Below, piece after piece: positions 57,751-64,000 of a stretch of DNA of 64,000 nucleotides (positions are counted from its first letter, which is position 1; every line of letters begins with the position of its first letter). Both the position numbers and the translations under genes were made by a program. The DNA is from Blastocatellia bacterium. GTDB taxonomy: Bacteria; Acidobacteriota; Blastocatellia; Chloracidobacteriales; JADJPF01. The stretch spans positions 478,506 through 542,505 of the forward strand of contig JANWYG010000010.1 in the NCBI GenBank assembly GCA_025057015.1. Reading direction: 5' to 3'. A model generated the notes under the pieces. It did not search any database. It saw only the letters and a program-made list of their open reading frames with translations, and was not told the DNA's origin.

Positions 57751-60024
57751 TTAGATTATGGCAAAGTCATAGCGTTCTTGGTGGACACTGGGATCGCCTT
57801 TAAGGGTGACTGTGGTACCAAAATAGGCTTCTATTTCGTTTAGAACCTTTCTTTCGCTGTTTCGTAGAATGTCGGCAACAGCAGAATTGACGCGCAAAAT
57901 GACTTCCATGCCAGGATGAAGCTCTACTTCAGCCGATATGCGCCGAGCTTCGGCGAGGATTTCGTAGCAGACCGTTTGAGGAGATTTGACTAAGCCTGAG
58001 CCTTCGCAGTATGGACAGGGGCTACATAAGGTGCGCTCCAAGCTTTGGCGGACGCGTTTGCGAGTAATAGCTACTAGTCCGAAGTCGTTAAACTGTAGTA
58101 CCTTGGATGGTGATCGGTCGGACTTGAGCTCTGCTTCGAGGGCTTGCATGACTTTTTGTCTGTTCTTGCGTTCTTCCATATCTATGAGATCTAGTACGAT
58201 GATGCCGCCTAGATCACGTAGACGTATCTGCCGGACTATTTCCTTTACTGCTTCTAGATTAGTTTTAGTGATGGTATCTTCCAGTCGGTTTGACTTACCG
58301 ACAAATTTACCGGTATTGACGTCTATAGCGACCAAAGCCTCGGTCTGATTTATTACTATGTATCCGCCTGAACGTAGCCAGACACGAGGCTTGATAGCCT
58401 TGTCGATTTCTTCCTGTACGCCATACTCTTCGAATATGGGCTTGCGTTTAGTGTATAGTTTAACGCGGTTGACCAGTTTGGGCTGGAAACGGTTGACGAA
58501 ATCAACTATCCGGGCGTATTCGGTCTCGCTGTCTACCCTTATTGCGGTAAACTCATCTGACAATAGGTCTCTGAGACTTCGCTGCACGAGGTCAAGTTCT
58601 CTACAAATGAGCGCTGGTGCTTTAGTCCGTTCGGCTTTCTTGCGTATGTCTTGCCACGTTCGCACCAAATACATCATATCGTCATGAAGTTCTTGCTCCG
58701 TATGACCTTCACAGGCAGTGCGGACTATAAATCCTCCCTGTACTTGCTCTTTCTCTCTAAGAGATAAAATCAGTTTTCTTAGTCGAGAGCGTTCGGCATC
58801 AGAGGCGATCTTCCTAGACACCCCTATGTGGGTAATGGTAGGCATATAGACGAGGTAGCGGCCAGGCAGTGCTATGTAGGAGGTAATACGGGCACCTTTG
58901 AGTGCTATGGGCTCTTTTGCGATCTGGACGAGTATTTCCTGGCCCTCATGTAGCAACTCTGAGATAGTAGGTTGAGATTTTCCGTTGATAGTTTTTTCTG
59001 GCGCCGCAGAGGGTGAATCTTCAGGAGGATTAGATGAAAAGCGGCCGCTGCGGCGACCACGTCGTCGGCTACTGCGGCGTGTGGAAAAGTCCATGTGCAG
59101 CTTCATTCGGAAGGAAGCATAGCCTTCCTTTAGTTCTTTCTTTTGCTGAGTTGGTTCTTCGTCTACCACTCTTTCGAGACTAGTATTTTGCTGGCTAATA
59201 GGAGTGTTAGTTGCTGGTTCGGGTTGTGGGAGGGAAACTTCGGCTTCATGACTTTGGTCAGATATTTGTTGCTGTACGGAGGTATCTTTGAGGGTCTCAC
59301 CAGCATCTTCAAGCTCATCAACTATGCGCTCGAGATTTGGCTGCTCTTCTTCAGTTCGTTTGGAGCGTCGCCTTGAAGACGAAGCTTTGTTTGAACGGGC
59401 ACGCTTTTTCTTATTCTGGGTTTCTTCGGTAGGGGGTGGTGGGTCTTCGCTTTGCAACTCTTTGGGCGGTTCTGGTTCTGAAGGGTTGTCGATGGAAGAA
59501 GTACCAGGACTAGCGTCTGTCGCTTCTTGTAGATCGTCATCTTTCACTCTGATCATTTCGACTGGGGGATCTACAGGTTCTTGCAGCTTAGCAGTGTCTA
59601 TTTTTGATAATGTGCTTCCTGTGATAGGCCGATCCGGAGTCCAGGAGTAGTCATGCAAGTCTTCACTATCTTCAGTATCTTCTGTCAGGTCTTCTTGTTG
59701 GGGTTCGGCTAAAGACTCTTCCAGAAGTACGTCGGGTTCTGGGGTAGGTTCCTTGGTTTTAACCTCTAAGGTCTCGAATTCATCTGCTCCGTCTTCTTCA
59801 AAGAAGTCTGAGACATACAAGAAGGCGTCTCTTTCTAGACCTATGTCAACAAATGCTGATTGCATGCCGGGCAAAACCTTCATCACTCGCCCTTTGTAGA
59901 TGTTTCCTACTATACCTTGTGACTCATCACTTCGTTCGACATAATATTCAGCGACTATTCCGTCTTCAATAATAGCTATTTTTTTTTCGTGTGCGCTAGA
60001 GCTTATAATCATTTCCTTTGCCAT
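57751..60024 (-). CDS. rng: Ribonuclease E/G family endoribonuclease with large internal low-complexity insertion
   Basis: The S1 domain starts at GNIYKGRVMKVLPGMQSAFVDIGLERDAFLYVSD and resumes at LHEGQEILVQIAKEPIALKGARITSYIALPGRYLVYMP. The catalytic core shows GGFIVRT and ALVAIDVNTGKF. The Zn-link is CPYCEGSG. Confidence 0.9.
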   Translation of the reverse strand: MAKEMIISSSAHEKKIAIIEDGIVAEYYVERSDESQGIVGNIYKGRVMKVLPGMQSAFVDIGLERDAFLYVSDFFEEDGADEFETLEVKTKEPTPEPDVLLEESLAEPQQEDLTEDTEDSEDLHDYSWTPDRPITGSTLSKIDTAKLQEPVDPPVEMIRVKDDDLQEATDASPGTSSIDNPSEPEPPKELQSEDPPPPTEETQNKKKRARSNKASSSRRRSKRTEEEQPNLERIVDELEDAGETLKDTSVQQQISDQSHEAEVSLPQPEPATNTPISQQNTSLERVVDEEPTQQKKELKEGYASFRMKLHMDFSTRRSSRRRGRRSGRFSSNPPEDSPSAAPEKTINGKSQPTISELLHEGQEILVQIAKEPIALKGARITSYIALPGRYLVYMPTITHIGVSRKIASDAERSRLRKLILSLREKEQVQGGFIVRTACEGHTEQELHDDMMYLVRTWQDIRKKAERTKAPALICRELDLVQRSLRDLLSDEFTAIRVDSETEYARIVDFVNRFQPKLVNRVKLYTKRKPIFEEYGVQEEIDKAIKPRVWLRSGGYIVINQTEALVAIDVNTGKFVGKSNRLEDTITKTNLEAVKEIVRQIRLRDLGGIIVLDLIDMEERKNRQKVMQALEAELKSDRSPSKVLQFNDFGLVAITRKRVRQSLERTLCSPCPYCEGSGLVKSPQTVCYEILAEARRISAEVELHPGMEVILRVNSAVADILRNSERKVLNEIEAYFGTTVTLKGDPSVHQERYDFAII

Positions 60025-60059
60025 GTTTTTTCCTCTTCCGTGGACGCTTCAAGGATGGC

Positions 60060-62855
60060 TTATGTTGAGTAGATAGGAAGTCTGCATAGTTCTAAGGGTG
60101 AGTATATGTGTCCGTCTTTTTCATAGTATAGTCTGCTGCGGCGTATTCTACTTTGTAGCAAGGCATGCAGTTTAGCGTCGTCGATCCCGTAAACGGCTGC
60201 TATGACTTCAGTAGGTTTGATGCTGCCGTTGTTGCTAATCTCTATTTGCATGACTAGTTGTTTGCCGCTAGCAGTCTTTTCAAAACTCAGCTTCTTGACG
60301 AACTTTCTCAAGTCTATCTTCTGTGAGCGGTTTTTTCGAGCACGCTCGAAAAAGACTTGTTCCTGAGCCATGAACTCCTCTAGTTTTGCTATTAGGTCTG
60401 CTGTAGTTTGGCCTAATAGTGGCTGCATAGCTGATAAGTCAACCTTATACTCGGCGCGGTTAATCATGGTCAAGCTGCCGGAGTGGTCATCTAGGTTGAC
60501 TAATGCAGTAAACATCAGTCCTTGGGGTAGGACATTATTGATTCTCTCTAGAAAGTCTTCTTGTGTCAATTTATCGGGAGAGACAAAGTCGAGGTATTCT
60601 TTCTCTCCCACTATACCGACACTTAGCGCCGGACCGTATGAGATGATCGGCATAGGGTGAAACCCTTGGCTATAGCAAAGGTGTATGCCTGCTCGTTTAA
60701 ATCCTCGCGGCAGGGCTTTGGTAAGATCTAGGTGACTTAAGTACTTTACTTGTTCAAGCTTGGCATATTCTGCGCGGTATCTGTACTGTGATTCGCGTTT
60801 GTTTTTTTTGAGCTGGAATAATTGTGTCGGGATGTCGCTACGAACGACTTCGAGCAGCGATTGATCGAAGCCGTTTGAGGAACTCTTATATGCTTTATTC
60901 AGTTGCTTTGCCTTGAGCAGATCTTGGCGGATAGCATTTAGATCGCAAGCTAAGCCACAGTTAAAGCACAGCAGAGGTTTATTTTCAACTGCTTCGAAGT
61001 CTTCTATGGATGGTGGTATTGCTGTAGGTCTGCCGTCTATGATTTTAATAGGGAAGCCACAGGGTGGGGCAATTTTAGCTTTGACGCCTTTATCGTACTC
61101 CACGGCCAGGAATCGCTTTTCTACGAGTGAGTCTATATGATCCCATGGTAGTTGCACGTAGCTGCCGTCGGGAGCTTTGATGGGCAGTTCTTCTAGAGTA
61201 GCTTGTGGATCGAAGCCTTCTAGTTTCATAGCTTCGATCCAAAGGTCGTAATTGAACTGGTCGTCCCAGCCGTCAAATCTTGCACCCATCAACCAAGCAC
61301 GTTCTATGACTCGTCCGAGCCTGCGGTCACCTCGTGCCATTATGCATTCCATTTGAGATAGCTTAGCATTGTGGCATTTGAAGGAGAGCTTGTAGCGCCG
61401 GCATAGCTCACGCAGCAATTCCTGTTTTGAGTAGAGTTCTTGCAACGAATTCATGCGGCACCACTGGAAGGGAGTTTGAGGTTTAGGGACAAAAGAAGAA
61501 ACTGAGACAGTGACTTTTGCATTAACTCCCAGGGATTGGGCTAAACAACGTACTTTGTGGCCGAGCTCTGCGATACCGCTTACATCTTCTTCGGTTTCTG
61601 TTGGTAAGCCTATCATGAAATACAGTTTGATCTGTGTCCAGCCGTATGAAAAAGCGATGCGGCAACTACGCAGGACATCTTCTTCAGTTACATTTTTGTT
61701 GATTACGTCGCGCATTCGCTGAGTACCAGCTTCTGGGGCTATGGTGAATCCCGTAGTACGTACCTTAGCTATTTCTTTCGACAAGTCTTCTGTTATTCCT
61801 GAAGCTCGCAGAGAAGAAACCGACAGGGATACGCGATCTGGGTCTAGGGTCTTATTTAACTGTTTCAATACTGGTGTCAGGCAAGTATAGTCGGCTGTAG
61901 AGAGTGAGGTGAGGCTTGCTTCGTCGTAGCCGCCGTTGCTAATACCGCCTAGGATGCTATCTACGATTGATTCAGGAGTACGTTCTCTTACTGGGCGGTA
62001 AATTGTACCAGCTTGGCAGAATCTACAGCCGTCTACACAGCCGCGGGCTATTTCTACGGCGACTCGATCGTGTACTATTTCGGTAAAAGGTACCGGTGAG
62101 TCGGTAGGAAAGGGGTATTTATTGATGTTGCTAACATACCGCCGAACTATGGGATAGGGTAGCTGCTGAGCTTCTTGGGGGGCTATGATTTCGAGTTTGT
62201 GGTATGGTGAAGGTATAGAGTCATATAGTGAAGGGGCATAGACTCCCTCTATTTTGGTGAGCTCAGTAAGCAATTGCCTGCGAGAGAGGTTTCGTTGTTT
62301 GAGTTCTATGTAGAGGTCTATTAGCTCGACGAGTAGTTCTTCGCCCTCGCCTATGAGTAATAGGTCGAAGAAGTCTGCTATTGGTTCGGGACTAAAGACA
62401 CAAGGTCCGCCGCCGATGACTAGTGGATCGGATTTGCTGCGGTCTGCTGTATGTAAAGGTATATCACCTAGATCTAGCATGGTTAGGATATTGGTGTAAG
62501 TCATCTCGTACTGTAGCGAGAAGCCCACGATATCGAATTGGGAGAGAGGAGTAAATGTTTCAAGCGAGGCGAGGGGGAGTTTTTGGCTGCGCAGTGCTTG
62601 TTCCATGTCGATCCAAGGCGCGTAGGCACGCTCAGCATATATATAATCCTTTTCATTTAGCACCTTGTAAAGGATCTTAAGGCCGAGATGTGACATGCCT
62701 ATTTCATACACGTCGGGGAAGCACAGTGCTATGCGAGCTTTTACGGCCTTAGGGTCTTTGAGGACCGAGTTCCATTCGCCACCTATGTATCTTACTGGTT
62801 TTTCCACATTTGGTAAGATAGTATCAAGAGCAGCACGGTAAGCGTTCGTATTCAT
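60060..62855 (-). CDS. B12-binding-domain radical SAM protein (TIGR03960-like) fused to a DUF2344/TIGR03936-like domain
   Basis: 931 aa. The radical SAM cluster motif is EIARGCVDGCRFCQAG, preceded by an N-terminal B12-binding-like domain. The C-terminal roughly 230 aa (YRAEYAKLEQVKYLSHLDL..., GFHPMPIISYGPALSVG) matches the DUF2344 pattern from memory. Confidence 0.85.
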   Translation of the reverse strand: MNTNAYRAALDTILPNVEKPVRYIGGEWNSVLKDPKAVKARIALCFPDVYEIGMSHLGLKILYKVLNEKDYIYAERAYAPWIDMEQALRSQKLPLASLETFTPLSQFDIVGFSLQYEMTYTNILTMLDLGDIPLHTADRSKSDPLVIGGGPCVFSPEPIADFFDLLLIGEGEELLVELIDLYIELKQRNLSRRQLLTELTKIEGVYAPSLYDSIPSPYHKLEIIAPQEAQQLPYPIVRRYVSNINKYPFPTDSPVPFTEIVHDRVAVEIARGCVDGCRFCQAGTIYRPVRERTPESIVDSILGGISNGGYDEASLTSLSTADYTCLTPVLKQLNKTLDPDRVSLSVSSLRASGITEDLSKEIAKVRTTGFTIAPEAGTQRMRDVINKNVTEEDVLRSCRIAFSYGWTQIKLYFMIGLPTETEEDVSGIAELGHKVRCLAQSLGVNAKVTVSVSSFVPKPQTPFQWCRMNSLQELYSKQELLRELCRRYKLSFKCHNAKLSQMECIMARGDRRLGRVIERAWLMGARFDGWDDQFNYDLWIEAMKLEGFDPQATLEELPIKAPDGSYVQLPWDHIDSLVEKRFLAVEYDKGVKAKIAPPCGFPIKIIDGRPTAIPPSIEDFEAVENKPLLCFNCGLACDLNAIRQDLLKAKQLNKAYKSSSNGFDQSLLEVVRSDIPTQLFQLKKNKRESQYRYRAEYAKLEQVKYLSHLDLTKALPRGFKRAGIHLCYSQGFHPMPIISYGPALSVGIVGEKEYLDFVSPDKLTQEDFLERINNVLPQGLMFTALVNLDDHSGSLTMINRAEYKVDLSAMQPLLGQTTADLIAKLEEFMAQEQVFFERARKNRSQKIDLRKFVKKLSFEKTASGKQLVMQIEISNNGSIKPTEVIAAVYGIDDAKLHALLQSRIRRSRLYYEKDGHIYSPLELCRLPIYST

Positions 62856-62883
62856 AACCTTCCAGAAGGATTAGTTGAGATAA

Positions 62884-63981
62884 CTAGTTTGCAAACCTAT
62901 GTAGGTTAATGTTTATAATCAAGCCTACAGCTATCATAGTACTTAGGATGGAAGAGCCACCGTAGCTCATCAACGGCAAGGTAATACCCATGATGGGGAC
63001 AAGTCCGACTACCATGCCGAGGTTTACTATGATCTGGTAGGCGAAGACAGCTATGAAGCCGAAGATGACCAGCATACCGAAGCGATCGCGAGCCTTTTCG
63101 GCTATGCTCATAGCTCTAATAATTATAAACAAATATAGTAGAAGAACAAAAATACTTCCGACGAAACCGGTTTCTTCGGCCAGTACTGAGCCTATAAAGT
63201 CCGTATGATGTTCAGGTAGGAAGCCGAGACGGCTTTGAGTTCCCTTCATTATTCCTGTGCCAGTGATACCGCCTGAGCCCACGGCTATCATTGATTGTAA
63301 AGTTTGATAGCCGAACTGTCGGCGAAATTCGGGTTGCTCAAAGAGTTCTGGGTTAACTATCGCTTCGATTCGCATTATTTGGTAGGGTTTAAGGACATAA
63401 GGTTTGAGGATGTACACATAGCTGAGGGGCATTAGGGCTACTATTGCTACTGCGGAGATTATTACTAACCTTAGGTCTAGGTTGCTTAGGAAGAGCATAG
63501 TAGCAAGTATAGGGAGGAAAGTAGTAGCGGTGCCTGCGTCGGGCTGTAGCATTATCAGAGCTACTGGTAGTGCAGTTATGGCGGTAGCTTTGAGGATGTC
63601 TGTCCAAGGGAGGTTACCTTTACGCAGTGGGGAGAGAAATTTTGCTAGGGCGAGTATTACGGCGAGCTTGACAAATTCAGATGGTTGTAGGTTGAGCACT
63701 CCTAGGTTTATCCAATTTTTTTGTCCTTTTACTTCTTGACCGAAGATTAGGACCATAATCAACAGGAAGATTCCTGCGATGTAGATGTGGGTGATGTGAT
63801 TATATATCCTTCTATAGTCATATCTGACCACTATAAGTAGGGCTATTAGGCCGAGGGCAAGGGCGAAGATCTGCTTGATCCAGAAGTTTTGTGTAGGGGT
63901 TGAGCTATAGATTTCTACTATGCCTATAGAAGTAATGGTTAGGCAAGCAAGTAGCAGGGACCAATCGAAGTCTCGCCACAT
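62884..63981 (-). CDS. rodA: SEDS-family peptidoglycan glycosyltransferase RodA
   Basis: 365 aa, multi-pass. LQPSEFVKL, LQPDAGTA, PEHHTDFIGSVLAEE.GF and GITLPLMSYGGSS are FtsW/RodA/SpoVE motifs. Confidence 0.9.
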   Translation of the reverse strand: MWRDFDWSLLLACLTITSIGIVEIYSSTPTQNFWIKQIFALALGLIALLIVVRYDYRRIYNHITHIYIAGIFLLIMVLIFGQEVKGQKNWINLGVLNLQPSEFVKLAVILALAKFLSPLRKGNLPWTDILKATAITALPVALIMLQPDAGTATTFLPILATMLFLSNLDLRLVIISAVAIVALMPLSYVYILKPYVLKPYQIMRIEAIVNPELFEQPEFRRQFGYQTLQSMIAVGSGGITGTGIMKGTQSRLGFLPEHHTDFIGSVLAEETGFVGSIFVLLLYLFIIIRAMSIAEKARDRFGMLVIFGFIAVFAYQIIVNLGMVVGLVPIMGITLPLMSYGGSSILSTMIAVGLIININLHRFAN

Positions 63982-64000
63982 TCTTCGGTCACGTAGGATT

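Noticed and set aside
1-64000. Search for tRNA, rRNA, tmRNA, RNase P and SRP RNA signatures in intergenic regions, especially tRNA-Sec near selB.
   Set aside because: I found no GGTTCGAAT-type T-loops with matching acceptor stems. I also found no RNase P (GAGGAAAGTCC) or tmRNA terminal motif in any spacer. Detection by eye is imperfect, so tRNAscan/Infernal should confirm.
1-64000. Mobile elements, prophage, defence islands and toxin-antitoxin pairs.
   Set aside because: No transposase, integrase, recombinase, phage structural, restriction-modification or cas-like proteins appear among the translated ORFs. Gene content is housekeeping, with tight operon spacing.

Overview
This 64-kb window is a dense, mostly housekeeping chromosomal segment from a Gram-negative bacterium. 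lpxD, two TonB-dependent receptors with carboxypeptidase-regulatory-like N-termini, and OmpA-like domains are present; the receptor architecture hints at an Acidobacteriota-like lineage, which is inference only. I support about 50 protein genes. They include the tsaB-rimI-aroC-def-fmt-accA operon, pfk-lpxD, carD, malQ, metH, rpoZ, yggS, aroK, a split methylmalonyl-CoA mutase, ilvE, hflX, lysC, selB, glnE, a GH57 glucan enzyme, an RNase E/G homologue, a B12-binding radical SAM fusion protein and rodA. I saw no rRNA, tRNA, transposase, integrase or cas genes. Eight items are not routine. (1) A well-conserved cobalamin riboswitch has its 5' P1 arm inside the end of lpxD and precedes a TonB-dependent receptor. 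(2) A translationally coupled module at 19.9-24.7 kb encodes a coiled-coil protein, a bitopic protein with an OmpA-like C-terminus, a Ras/Rab-like GTPase and a soluble hybrid histidine kinase. It looks like a conservon-like or MglAB-like signalling system tied to the cell envelope, and it is my best candidate for an undescribed system. (3) A REC-DUF4388 response regulator sits between the two mutase subunit genes, where MeaB would be expected. (4) An 818-bp spacer between convergent genes carries two families of roughly 60-nt-periodic repeats, one of palindromic hairpins and one of GGAG-rich boxes. (5) Two translationally coupled ATP-grasp ligase genes lie side by side. (6) The RNase E/G homologue has a roughly 280-aa disordered insertion inside its S1 domain. 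(7) selB has no sel-gene or selenoprotein neighbours. (8) A second long convergent spacer contains terminator-like hairpins. All homology calls come from motif recognition by eye; no searches were run.
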